Positions 1 through 9,574 of a stretch of 64,000 nt of DNA are shown here, piece after piece. A program made the position numbers and the translations under genes. Within the stretch, counting starts at the first letter, position 1. Each line of letters begins with the position of its first letter. The notes beneath the pieces were generated by a model. It made no database searches and was not told the DNA's origin. It saw only the letters and a list, made by a program, of their open reading frames with translations. Source of the stretch: Desulfobacterales bacterium (GTDB lineage Bacteria > Desulfobacterota > Desulfobacteria > Desulfobacterales > UBA5852); assembly GCA_963674755.2 (NCBI GenBank), contig CAXXVS010000003.1, forward strand, positions 928,001 through 992,000, written 5' to 3'.

Positions 1-1585
1 CAGGGGGGAGCTCCATTTCGTCCAGGATCTCCCAAAGGGAAATGGGGTCGGCCTCGGGCAGGTGGTCCTTGAAGATGCGCAGGCAGCTGGCGCAGGCCAT
101 GACCGGGCGGGGGCGCCCCAATCTTTCCCAGCGTCCCTTCCAGAGGTTCAACTCGGTTGCAAAGCGCGCCTGCTGCCCGGCCCAGTGGGCCGGCGCCCCG
201 CAGCAGCCCAGCATCAGGGCCACCCCGTCGGTCAGGTGGTGCCGCAGGTGGTCGTAAACCCGGGGCACCTGGCCGGGGGCCGAGGCGCACAACTGGCATC
301 CCGGAAAGAAAAGATAACGGCTGGTGGTGCGGCCGGGTTCGTGCCGGGCCAGGGCAAACCGGTCGCTCTGGGAGAAAGCCATGTCCTGGAGGGCGAAGTC
401 ATGGGCCGAAGGGGGCATCTTGCTGCGCCCCACCATGCTCTGGCGGGCGGCCAGGCAGAGATCCTGCATGGCGAAGTCATGGGGGCAGACCGCCTCGCAC
501 AAACCGCAAAGGCTGCACGAATTGATCAGGCGGTTGGCCTTGCGTTCCCCCAGCACCAGGGCTTCGTTGTTGTAAATTTCCCGGACGTAGCGTTTGGGAT
601 AGGCGCCGAAATGCGCCAGGTAGGCGCAGACCTTGACGCATTCCAGGCACTGGCACTGGATGCAGCGCCCGGCTTCATCGAGGGCTTCCGTCTCGCTGTA
701 GCCCGAGCCGGGATCGGCCGGTGTCACGGCCGTCAGGGGCGCGATGCCCTGGAGGTTCGTATAAAGGCGGGTGCCCTGGGGACCTTCCTTTTCCCGGCCG
801 GCGGTAGGGGAGACCTTTTGCAGCCAGCGGTCCATGGTGGTGGCGGCCCAGCGGCCCTGGGCGGTCTGCCAGACGGGCGAGGGGTGGTCGCCGCCGGAAA
901 AGAGGCCCTCATCTCCGGTGGTACCGAAAGAGCCTTGGGGGGCGGCGGTTGCCGGAGCCATCGCCCAGGGGTCGGGCGATACGGCATCCAGACCGACATA
1001 GACGGCGGCATGGTCCTTCCGGCAGCGTTGGCCGTCTTCAGCGGTAGCGAATCCGGTGCCGGTTTTGAAGCGGACGCCCAGGGATGTCATCAGGCGGATT
1101 TCCCGCTCGATAATCTCCCGGGAGAGGCGCTGGGGATGGCTGCGGAGGAGAAAAGCCGCGGGCTCTTGTTCCGGTACGTAAACTGTGACCGGATAACCCT
1201 TGCGGGCCAGATCCCAGGCGGCGGTGAGGCTGCTCAGCCCGCTGCCCACGACAGCGATGCGATGTGTTTTTGCGGGCAGCGGCATCACCCGGCGGCGGTC
1301 TTCGGTGCGGCTTACACAGGCGCGCTCCAGGTCGCCGATCCGGATGGCCTCACCGGCTTCCTTGCGGTTGCAGGCCGTCTGGCAGGGCGTGTCGCAGATC
1401 CGGCCCAGGATGCCGGGCAGGGGCATGACCCTGTGGAGCGTTTTAAGGGCATCCGCCCAGCGGCCGCCCTGCAGGAAGCCGATAAAGGCCCGGGCGTCCA
1501 CGTGCAGCGGACAGGCGGCCATGCAGGGGGGCGGTTCCTCCTGGATGCAGCGCTGCTCCCATTGCCGGAGTTCCGACTGGTCCAA
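1..1585 (-). CDS. Pyridine nucleotide-disulfide oxidoreductase / dicluster-binding protein (GltD-like Fe-S + FAD Rossmann + ferredoxin + CCG domain); runs off the left edge
   Basis: Absent from the ORF track because it is truncated. Hand translation from TTG at 1585 (GGGAG RBS upstream) gives MDQSELRQWEQRCIQEEPPPCMAACPLHVD...GRICDTPCQTACNR...IAVVGSGLSSLTAA, then RCIQCQCLECVKVC, CSLCGLCEAVCP and FPGCQL. Confidence 0.85.
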   Translation of the reverse strand, partial: MDQSELRQWEQRCIQEEPPPCMAACPLHVDARAFIGFLQGGRWADALKTLHRVMPLPGILGRICDTPCQTACNRKEAGEAIRIGDLERACVSRTEDRRRVMPLPAKTHRIAVVGSGLSSLTAAWDLARKGYPVTVYVPEQEPAAFLLRSHPQRLSREIIEREIRLMTSLGVRFKTGTGFATAEDGQRCRKDHAAVYVGLDAVSPDPWAMAPATAAPQGSFGTTGDEGLFSGGDHPSPVWQTAQGRWAATTMDRWLQKVSPTAGREKEGPQGTRLYTNLQGIAPLTAVTPADPGSGYSETEALDEAGRCIQCQCLECVKVCAYLAHFGAYPKRYVREIYNNEALVLGERKANRLINSCSLCGLCEAVCPHDFAMQDLCLAARQSMVGRSKMPPSAHDFALQDMAFSQSDRFALARHEPGRTTSRYLFFPGCQLCASAPGQVPRVYDHLRHHLTDGVALMLGCCGAPAHWAGQQARFATELNLWKGRWERLGRPRPVMACASCLRIFKDHLPEADPISLWEILDEMELPP

Positions 1586-1682
1586 GACGTTTTTCTCCCG
1601 GCCCGTTGAGCGCCTCCCGGAGCAGGCTGCGGGAGGCGCTGGGGCGTTTATGGTAGCGGGGGGATCGGATGCCCCCCGGGTT

Positions 1683-4409
1683 TCAGCCGGCGGCCTGCAA
1701 CCCGGCCAGCACTTTCTCCGGCAGGGCCGGCAGCTGTTTGATGCAGACGCCGCAGGCCTTGTTAATGGCGTTGATGATGGCCGCATGGGGGCTGGTCAGC
1801 GGCAGTTCCCCGACCCCGGCTGCCCCGAAGGGACCCTCGGGGCGGCTGTTTTCCACATAGATGATTTCCATGGCGTCCGGGATCTGTTCGCAATAGGGCA
1901 ACCCTGCGCCCTTGAGGGTACTGTGCTTTTGAATGTCTTCGAAATCCTCCCACAGGGCCAGGCCGATGCCCTGGGCCAGCCCCCCGAAAATCTGCCCGTC
2001 GGTGACCAGACGGTTGTTGATCTTGCCGATGTCGGCCACCAGGGTCATCTTTTCCACCGTGGTTTTGCCTGTAGCGGTTTCCACGGCCACCTCGGCCATG
2101 AAAACCCCGTACATATAGACCGGGAAGGGGTCGCCTTTGCCGGTTTCATCGCAGACCGTGCAGGGTGTGGTCCACTGGCCCTCGTATTTGAGGGGCAGGC
2201 CCTCGGCCTGCATCTCATCAAAGGTGCGGTAGCTGCCGTCGGATTTGCGCATGGCATCCAGCAGGGCCTGGCAGGCGGCGATGATGGCCCGGCCGGTGAC
2301 CACCTGCTGGCGGCTGCCGCCCGAGGGGCCGCTGTCCGGGCAAGTGGCCATGTCGTTCATCACGAGGCGGATCTTTTCCGGCGGCACCCCGAGGGGGCGC
2401 AGGGCCTCGTGGGCCGTGCCCAGGGTGCCGGCGTCGGCGCCCTGGCCGTGGTCGGACCAGGTGTTGTAGATGGTGACGCTGTTGTCCGGCCCCAACTCGG
2501 CCGCCACGGCCGAAGGATCCGGTCCGTCGCCGCCGCAGCCGTACATGCCCAGGGAAATGCCCACCCCGCGTTTGAGCGTGTCGCTGGAGGCGGCCCGGGT
2601 TCGCTTCAGGGCTTCCTGGTACTTGGGCCGCAGGATGTCGAGCATTTCAGGATAGCTGTAGACTTCGGGGGCCTGCCCGTGGGGCATGGTGGCCCCGGGC
2701 CGCAGCACGTTGGCGTAGCGCAGCTCCAGGGGATCCTGGCCGAGCTTCTCGGCCAGGAGGTCCATGAGCACCTCGGAGGCGAATTCGCTTTGGGGGCCGC
2801 CATAGGCCCGGAAGGCCGATCCCCAGGCGTGGTTGGTGCACACCGTACGGCCGATGCCCCGGATGTGGGGGATGTCGTAGCCCGCACCGATAAATTGGGC
2901 GCCCCGCTGGGTGAGCAGGTCGCCGAATTCGGAATAGGGCCCGTGGTCCACGGTCCAGTCCGATTCCATGCCCAAAAGCTTGCCGTCGGCATCGGCGGCC
3001 AGGCGCAGGTGAATGAAAAAGGGCGAGCGTTTGCCCGTATAGGTCATCTGCTGATGGTAGTCGTAGCGCAGGACCACGGGCCGGCCCGTAGCCAGACAGG
3101 CCACTCCCACGAGGGCTTCCATGGTGGGGCTGAATTTATAGCCGAAGGTGCCGCCGGTGGGGTTCTGGGCCAGGAAGAGTTTTTCCGGCGCCACGCCCAA
3201 CCCCTCGGCGATCATCAGGTGATGGGTGTAAAGTGCGATGGACTTGCTGCCGATATGCAGCCCCTCCTCATCGTCCAGATAGGCGTAGCCCACATCCGGT
3301 TCCATGGGCATGTGGGGCTGGCGGCCCACATAGAAGTCGTCCTCGATCACATGGGCGGCATCGCGGAAAACGGGGGCCGTATCCTCGCCCTTGATGATTT
3401 TCTGGGTGAAATAGATATTGGGGGTGCCCGGGTGGATCTCGATGGCATCTTCAGCCATGGCGGCCGGGGCGCTCATATAAGCCGGCAGGGGCTCCAGGTC
3501 GACCTTGACCTTGGCGGCCGCGGCCCGGGCATGGGCCTCGCTGTCGGCGCAGACGATGGCGATGGCATCCCCATACTGGTAGACTTTCTCATCGCACAGG
3601 ATGGGCCTGTCCCAGCCGTCCCCCAGATGGCCCACCGGAAACAGCACCAGCCCGTTGATGCGGTTTTTGCCCTGGACATCCCGGTGGGTGAGGATTTTGA
3701 CCACCCCGGGCATCTTTTCGGCGTCGGCGGTATCGATGGCGCGGATATTGGCATGGGAGATCTCGGCCTGCACCAGGGCCAGCTGCAGGGTCTCGGGCGG
3801 CATTTTGACGCCGGTGTCGGCCCCGTAGTCGCAGGTGCCGGTGACCTTGGCCAGGGCGCTGGGGCGGGGAATGGTGCTGCCCCAGATGCGGCCGTCGGCC
3901 GGGATCTTGAACATGAGCTCTTCCATGGTGAGCTCGCCCCGCAGCACGCGGCCCGCATCCTGGACCGCATCCACCAGTTGTTTGTAGCCGGTGCAGCGGC
4001 AGGCGTTGCGGTGCACCTGGAACCAGCGGCGGATGTCTTCCCGGCTGGGATCGGGGTTGCTGTCCAGGAGAGCCTTGGTGGAAACGATGAAGCCCGGGCT
4101 GCAGAAGCCGCACTGGGCGCCGCCGTGCACCATCCAGGAGAGCTGGACCGGATGCAGGTGGGTCGCGTCCCCCAGGCCCTCGATGGTCAGGATATGGGCG
4201 CCGTCCGGGACTTTGTTCATGGGGGTCACGCAGGAGCGCACCAGCTTGTCGTTCAAAATGACATTGCAGCAGCCGCACTGCCCCTGGCCGCAGCCCACCT
4301 TGGTGCCGGTGAGGCGCAATTGTTCCCGGAGCACCTGGGCCAGAGAGCTGTCCGCGTCCACAATGAGGGTTCGGGGAACCTGATTGATCACCAGCTGTTT
4401 CTTTACCAT
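1683..4409 (-). CDS. mop: Molybdopterin-dependent aldehyde oxidoreductase (Mop type, xanthine oxidase family), paralogue 1
   Basis: 908 aa; 2x[2Fe-2S] motifs CGQGQCGCC and QCGFC...NACRCTGY; GGTFGYKFSPT, AFRAYG, DHGQG; catalytic Glu in GVGELP. Confidence 0.95.
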   Translation of the reverse strand: MVKKQLVINQVPRTLIVDADSSLAQVLREQLRLTGTKVGCGQGQCGCCNVILNDKLVRSCVTPMNKVPDGAHILTIEGLGDATHLHPVQLSWMVHGGAQCGFCSPGFIVSTKALLDSNPDPSREDIRRWFQVHRNACRCTGYKQLVDAVQDAGRVLRGELTMEELMFKIPADGRIWGSTIPRPSALAKVTGTCDYGADTGVKMPPETLQLALVQAEISHANIRAIDTADAEKMPGVVKILTHRDVQGKNRINGLVLFPVGHLGDGWDRPILCDEKVYQYGDAIAIVCADSEAHARAAAAKVKVDLEPLPAYMSAPAAMAEDAIEIHPGTPNIYFTQKIIKGEDTAPVFRDAAHVIEDDFYVGRQPHMPMEPDVGYAYLDDEEGLHIGSKSIALYTHHLMIAEGLGVAPEKLFLAQNPTGGTFGYKFSPTMEALVGVACLATGRPVVLRYDYHQQMTYTGKRSPFFIHLRLAADADGKLLGMESDWTVDHGPYSEFGDLLTQRGAQFIGAGYDIPHIRGIGRTVCTNHAWGSAFRAYGGPQSEFASEVLMDLLAEKLGQDPLELRYANVLRPGATMPHGQAPEVYSYPEMLDILRPKYQEALKRTRAASSDTLKRGVGISLGMYGCGGDGPDPSAVAAELGPDNSVTIYNTWSDHGQGADAGTLGTAHEALRPLGVPPEKIRLVMNDMATCPDSGPSGGSRQQVVTGRAIIAACQALLDAMRKSDGSYRTFDEMQAEGLPLKYEGQWTTPCTVCDETGKGDPFPVYMYGVFMAEVAVETATGKTTVEKMTLVADIGKINNRLVTDGQIFGGLAQGIGLALWEDFEDIQKHSTLKGAGLPYCEQIPDAMEIIYVENSRPEGPFGAAGVGELPLTSPHAAIINAINKACGVCIKQLPALPEKVLAGLQAAG

Positions 4410-4571
4410 TTACCGTCCTTTCCATTTCGTTGCGAGGCGTCGGGCCGGAGGGATCGTCCACCCGGCGCCCATGACAGGCTGAAGGCGACCGGCAACGGGT
4501 GTCGCAGCGGATCGCCTTCAGGATGGGGCCAGGGGGCGACTATTCCCCCAGGCGGGTTTTACGGTTTGCGA

Positions 4572-7289
4572 TCAGGCTTGCAGGCCGGCCAGCACCTTTT
4601 CCGGCAGGGCCGGCAGTTTGGTGATGCGGACACCGCAGGCGTTATAGATGCCGTTGATCACCGCCGCGTGGGGGCTGGTCAAGGGCATTTCACCCACACC
4701 GCCGGCGCCGAAGGGGCCGTCCTTGCGGGGGGTTTCCACATAGATCAAATCCATTTCGTCGGGGATTTGTTTGATATAGGGGAAGCCTGCACCGGCCAGG
4801 GTGGAATGCTTCTTGAGATCTTCGTAATCCTCGGTCAGGGCCAATCCGATGCCCTGGGCCAGGCCGCCGTACATCTGGCCGTCCACCACCAGGCGGTTGT
4901 TGATCTTGCCGATGTCGGATACCAGGGTCATCTTCTCTACCATGGTTTTACCCGTAGCGACCTCCACGGCCACCTCGGCCATGAACACGCCGTACATATA
5001 GACGGAAAAAGGAGACCCCTGGCTGTTCTCGTCACAATTGGTGGCCGGGGCCGTCCATTGCCCGGTGTAGTGGACCGGGATGTTGTCGGCCTGCATTTCG
5101 GCGTAGCTGCGATAGCTGCCGTCGGGTTTTTTCATGGCGGCCACCAGGGCCTCCGCGCCGTTGCGAATGGCCTGGCCGGTCATGACCTGGGAACGGCTGC
5201 CACCGGCGGGTCCCGAATTGGGGGCTTTGCTGGTGTCATTCATCACCAGGCGAATCCGGTCGGGTGTGATCCCGGTCACCCGCAGGGCCTCGTGGGCGAC
5301 CCCCAGCGCACCGGCGTCGGCGCCCTGGCCGTGATCCTCCCAGCAGTTATAGACGGTGACCGTATCGTCGGCATTGAGTTCCACCCAGGCCTCGGAGGCA
5401 TCCGGACCGTCCAGTCCGCAGCCATAAACGCCAACGGAGATGCCGACGCCTTTTTTGATTTCGGCGCTGGAAGCAGCTTTGGCCTTGTCCAGGGCGGCTT
5501 TGTATCTGGGCCGCAGGATGTCGAGCATCTCCGGCAGGCTGTAGACTTCCGGCGCCTGGCCGGTGGGGGTTGTGGAGCCCTCGCGGTAGACGTTCTTGTA
5601 GCGCAGCTCCAGGGGATCGATAGCGAGCTTTTCCGCCAGCTCATCCATGAGCACTTCGGAAGCGAACTCGCTCTGGGGGGAGCCGTAGGCCCGGAAGGCG
5701 GATCCCCAGGCGTGGTTGGTGCATACGGTGCGGCCCTCGCCGCGAATGTGAGGGATGTCGTAGCCGGCGCCCATGAACTGGGTGCCGCGCAGGGTCAGCA
5801 GGTCGCCGAATTCCGAGTAGGGGCCGTGATCCACGCTGTAGTCGGTTTCCATGGCCAGCAACTTGCCCTCTTTATCCGCGGCGAAACGCATGTTCATGAA
5901 GAAGGGCGAGCGCTTGCCGGTATAGGCCATCTGCTGCTGGTAGTCGTATTTGAGGAAGCAGGGTCTTCCGGTGGCCATGCAGGCTGCCCCCACCAGGGCT
6001 TCCATGGTGGGGCTGAATTTATAGCCGAAGGTGCCGCCCGCCGGATTCTGCACCATGACCAGGTTCTCCAGCTCGACCCCCAGGCCGGGAGCGATCATGG
6101 CGGCGTGCAGGTGCAGGCCGATGGACTTGGAATGAATCACCAGTTTGCCGTCGTCGTCCTTGTAGGCAAAGCCCACATCCGGCTCGATGGGCATGTGGGG
6201 CTGACGGCCGACATAGAAGTCATCCTCCACCACGGCATCCGCCGCGGCGAAAATAGGCCCGGTTTCATCCCCCTTGGCGATTTTCTGGACATAATAGACG
6301 TTGGGCGTGCCCGGATGGATCTCGATGGCATCGTCGGCCATGGCGGCCGGGGCGCTCATGTATTCGGGCAGCGGTTCCAGATCCACCTTGACCTTGGCCG
6401 CGGCCGCCTTGGCATTGGCCTCGCTGTCGGCACAGACGATGGCGATGGCGTCGCCGTATTGGAAGACCTTGCGGTCGCACAAGATAGGCCGGTCCCAGCC
6501 GTCGCCCTTGTTGGAGGGGAAGGTGATCAGGCCGCTGATACGGTTTTTGCCGGGTACATCCTTGTGGGTGACCACCTTGAAGACCCCGGGCATTTGTTCG
6601 GCCTCGGCCGTGTCGATGCCGTTGATGTCGGCATGGGAGACCGTGGCCTGGACCAGGGCCAGGTGAAGACGGTCGTCGGGCAGTTTGAGGCCCAGGTCCG
6701 CTCCGTAGTCCAGAGTGCCGGTCACTTTGGCGATGGCGCTGGGCCGGGGGTATTTGGTGCCCCAGATGCGGCCGTCGGCCGGAATCTTGAAATTGAGTTC
6801 GTCGGCCGCCATTTCACCGCGCAGCACTTTGGCCGCATCCATCACGGCATCCACCAGTGGTTTGTAGCCGGTGCAGCGGCAGGCATTGCGGTGCTTCTGA
6901 AACCAGTCACGGACGTCGTCGCGGGTGGGCGACGGAGTTTCATCCAGCAGGGCCTTGGCTGAGACGATGAACCCGGGGCTGCAGAAACCGCACTGGGCGC
7001 AGCCATGGGCCATCCAGGCCAGTTGCAGGGGATGCAGACCGGTGGGCGTGCCGATGCCCTCGATGGTGGTGACATGGGCGCCGTCGGCCACCCGGGAGAG
7101 CTTGGTGATGCAGGAGCGCACCAATTTGCCGTCCAGGATGACATTGCATGCCGCGCATTGACCCTGACCGCAACCGATTTTCGTACCGGTCAGGCCAAGT
7201 TGTTCCCGGAGCACGGTGGCCAGCGCGTCATCGGCCGATGCAATCAAAACCTTGGGGGTGCCGTTGAGGATAATGTTGCGTTTAATCAT
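4572..7289 (-). CDS. mop: Molybdopterin-dependent aldehyde oxidoreductase (Mop type), paralogue 2
   Basis: Start reassigned to ATG 7289 (MIKRNIILNG; GGGGAGGG RBS); 905 aa; same motif set, GVGEMP. Confidence 0.95.
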   Translation of the reverse strand: MIKRNIILNGTPKVLIASADDALATVLREQLGLTGTKIGCGQGQCAACNVILDGKLVRSCITKLSRVADGAHVTTIEGIGTPTGLHPLQLAWMAHGCAQCGFCSPGFIVSAKALLDETPSPTRDDVRDWFQKHRNACRCTGYKPLVDAVMDAAKVLRGEMAADELNFKIPADGRIWGTKYPRPSAIAKVTGTLDYGADLGLKLPDDRLHLALVQATVSHADINGIDTAEAEQMPGVFKVVTHKDVPGKNRISGLITFPSNKGDGWDRPILCDRKVFQYGDAIAIVCADSEANAKAAAAKVKVDLEPLPEYMSAPAAMADDAIEIHPGTPNVYYVQKIAKGDETGPIFAAADAVVEDDFYVGRQPHMPIEPDVGFAYKDDDGKLVIHSKSIGLHLHAAMIAPGLGVELENLVMVQNPAGGTFGYKFSPTMEALVGAACMATGRPCFLKYDYQQQMAYTGKRSPFFMNMRFAADKEGKLLAMETDYSVDHGPYSEFGDLLTLRGTQFMGAGYDIPHIRGEGRTVCTNHAWGSAFRAYGSPQSEFASEVLMDELAEKLAIDPLELRYKNVYREGSTTPTGQAPEVYSLPEMLDILRPRYKAALDKAKAASSAEIKKGVGISVGVYGCGLDGPDASEAWVELNADDTVTVYNCWEDHGQGADAGALGVAHEALRVTGITPDRIRLVMNDTSKAPNSGPAGGSRSQVMTGQAIRNGAEALVAAMKKPDGSYRSYAEMQADNIPVHYTGQWTAPATNCDENSQGSPFSVYMYGVFMAEVAVEVATGKTMVEKMTLVSDIGKINNRLVVDGQMYGGLAQGIGLALTEDYEDLKKHSTLAGAGFPYIKQIPDEMDLIYVETPRKDGPFGAGGVGEMPLTSPHAAVINGIYNACGVRITKLPALPEKVLAGLQA

Positions 7290-7353
7290 GTTCCCTCCCC
7301 TCGTATGTGTTGTTAAAAGCACATGCAAATCAGGCGTGTTCAGGGCTTCGGCC

Positions 7354-8379
7354 TCAATTTTTGCCGAAGCCGCACAGGGGGTAGCGGCAGGTGGGGCAGC
7401 CGGAGCAGAATCCCCCGTGTCCCAGAGCGGCAATGGTGTCGCGTGTAACAGGTTCGCCGGCCAGCAGCCGCGGGATGAGCAGGTCGAAGATGCTGGTGCG
7501 GTAATACATGACACAACCCGGCAGGCCGGCTACCGGCACGTCGCCGATATAGGCCAGCATGAACATGGCCCCCGGGAAGACCGGGGCGCCATAGGTGATG
7601 ACCTCACCGCCCGCGGCCCGGATGCTGGCCGGGGTCTGATCGTCCGGGTCGACGGACATGCCGCCGGTGACCATCACCATTTCAGCCCCTTCGGCGATCA
7701 GCTCCCGAATGGCGTTGACGGTCATTTGCCGGTCGTCGGAAACCAGAATCTGACGCGTCACCTGGCAGCCGAGGTCCTTGAATTTCTTTTCGACGACCGG
7801 ACCGAAGGCATCCTTGATCCGTCCATGGTAGACTTCGCTGCCCGTGGTCACGATGCCGACCCGGCAGGCGTTGAAGGGTTTCACCTGGATGATGGGGCGG
7901 GATGCGGCGCAGATCTGCGCGACCCGCCGGATGGGGGCTTCTTCGATGATCAGGGGCACAACCCGCGTGCCGGCCAGCGGTTGCTCGGCTTTGACCGGCT
8001 GATGGCTGTGCAGGGTGGCAAAGGCAATGTCATCGATGGAATTGATACGGGTCAGGGCCTCCACGTCCACGACGAGCAGACCGTCGGTCTCGGCAATCAG
8101 GTTCACGCGCCCTTCCGAGGGATCGCTCAACCGGATTCCCGGGCCGGCCGCTGCTCGTGCCAAGCGTTCGGCCGCTTCGTTTTCATGCAGCATGCCCGGT
8201 TCCAGATCGAGGACATAGATGTGTTCCTTGCCGATCCTGAGAAATTCGGGGATCTCTTCGGCGCGGATGATGTGCCCTTTTTTAAAGGCGGGGCCTTTTT
8301 CCCGGCCCGGAATGATGCGGGTGATATCATGGGCCAGCACGCAGCCGACCGCTTCCTGGATAGGGATGGCATGAATCAT
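7354..8379 (-). CDS. Molybdopterin-binding protein (MoeA/MogA-like domain, C-terminal Cys cluster)
   Basis: Start ATG 8379; LAHDITRI, VTTGSE, TGGMSVDPDDQT, GLPGC; C-terminal CSGCPTCRYPLC; first gene of the aldehyde oxidoreductase operon. Confidence 0.85.
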   Translation of the reverse strand: MIHAIPIQEAVGCVLAHDITRIIPGREKGPAFKKGHIIRAEEIPEFLRIGKEHIYVLDLEPGMLHENEAAERLARAAAGPGIRLSDPSEGRVNLIAETDGLLVVDVEALTRINSIDDIAFATLHSHQPVKAEQPLAGTRVVPLIIEEAPIRRVAQICAASRPIIQVKPFNACRVGIVTTGSEVYHGRIKDAFGPVVEKKFKDLGCQVTRQILVSDDRQMTVNAIRELIAEGAEMVMVTGGMSVDPDDQTPASIRAAGGEVITYGAPVFPGAMFMLAYIGDVPVAGLPGCVMYYRTSIFDLLIPRLLAGEPVTRDTIAALGHGGFCSGCPTCRYPLCGFGKN

Positions 8380-8603
8380 TTTAATATCAATTCCGACATG
8401 ATGTGAGGTGTTTCTGACAAGCGCCCAGGGGGAAAATGCCAAATGGTCTGGTTTTGCGATAGCCGCGCAACAATGACCTTGAGCGGATATCGGCAAGCTT
8501 GCCCAGCCTTCCGGCATCTTGATTCTGATTTATCGTATAGGGGGAGATATATGTCAATAATGATATCAAACAGGACAAAAAAATTTCCCCTCCTCCCGGG
8601 CGG

Positions 8604-8921
8604 TTAAGGGCGCTTTGGCGCGGCATGCGTGCCTTCGGCTTTCAAGCGGCAGTCGCGCATGACCTCAGGCGGAATCATCTTCACGGCCAGGAGGATGCCC
8701 AGGGGCAGGATGATCAGATCATCCAGGTAACCCAACAGCGGGATAAAATCCGGAATCAGATCGATGGGGCTGAGGGCATAGGCCGTCACCAGCACGACGA
8801 TGATTTTGGCCCGCCGGGGGACCCGGGGGTCCCGGCGGGCCAGGAAGAGAGCCTGGATTTCGGTTTTCAACACCCGGACGCGTTTTTTCCAGCGTTCCAC
8901 CCACCCGTCGCTAAGGATCAT
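8604..8921 (-). CDS. YkvA/DUF1232 family small membrane protein
   Basis: YALSPIDLIPDFIPLLGYLDD signature. Confidence 0.9.
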   Translation of the reverse strand: MILSDGWVERWKKRVRVLKTEIQALFLARRDPRVPRRAKIIVVLVTAYALSPIDLIPDFIPLLGYLDDLIILPLGILLAVKMIPPEVMRDCRLKAEGTHAAPKRP

Positions 8922-9048
8922 CGGAGCCTCGGCAGTTCAAGGACCTTGGCCGCCGGCCAGCCGATATCATCACCACGGGACGTTCGATCAACGCTGCGCA
9001 TGGGGCGCCTCTCCACCGAATGGTGTGGACGATCCCTCGTCCGGAAGA

Positions 9049-9507
9049 TCATGTGGTACGGACGAAGAGGTGCTTGGCATCCCGGGGCGACTCCACCACC
9101 CGCTGAATTTTCTCCTCGATGTCCTTTTTCCGGAGCTCATCCTTGGTTTCCCAGGCCCCTTCGATCTTTTCGACCAGTTCGCTGATCTGGCAGGGTTTGG
9201 TCAGGTAGTCGTAAGCGCCCAGCTTGATCGCTTCCAGGGCCGAGTCGATGGAACCATGTCCGGTCAGAATCAGGGTTTGGGTAAAAAGCCCCAGTTTCTT
9301 GATTTCCTTCAGAGTGGTCAGCCCGTCCATCCCCGGCATTTTAAGGTCCAGCACGACCACGTCGAAATCTTCGTTCTGCAGCGCCCGGATGGCTTCCGCG
9401 CCGCTGTTGACCGCTGTGGAGCGATAGCCGCGGGCATCCAGCAGGGTTTCCATGTTGCGGGTGAAAATGACTTCATCATCCACCAAGAGTATTTTTGATC
9501 CGATCAT
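9049..9507 (-). CDS. Single-domain response regulator (REC) with short charged C-terminal tail
   Basis: LLVDDE, VLDLKMP (phospho-Asp), LTGHG, LTKP; AAAGGAGG RBS. Confidence 0.92.
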   Translation of the reverse strand: MIGSKILLVDDEVIFTRNMETLLDARGYRSTAVNSGAEAIRALQNEDFDVVVLDLKMPGMDGLTTLKEIKKLGLFTQTLILTGHGSIDSALEAIKLGAYDYLTKPCQISELVEKIEGAWETKDELRKKDIEEKIQRVVESPRDAKHLFVRTT

Positions 9508-9574
9508 TGCAGCCTCCTTTCAAAAGGGTGCCTTTTTAGCCCGCGTTAGTTGGGGGTGCCGAAGTTGGAGCGGC

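Noticed and set aside
62..1609. 515-aa + strand ORF
   Set aside because: Antisense to the motif-rich Fe-S flavoprotein on the minus strand
4410..4571. In-frame spacing (162 nt) of the two mop genes, suggesting TGA readthrough or a Sec fusion
   Set aside because: A second in-frame TGA occurs in the spacer, and the downstream gene has its own RBS (AAGGA)
1200..6962. 1920-aa + strand ORF
   Set aside because: Antisense shadow of the two high-GC mop genes, which happen to share a frame; no recognisable motifs
8531..8557. ModE-like ATCGTATA...ATATAT box upstream of the Mo-enzyme operon
   Set aside because: Symmetry and spacing are too poor to support by eye
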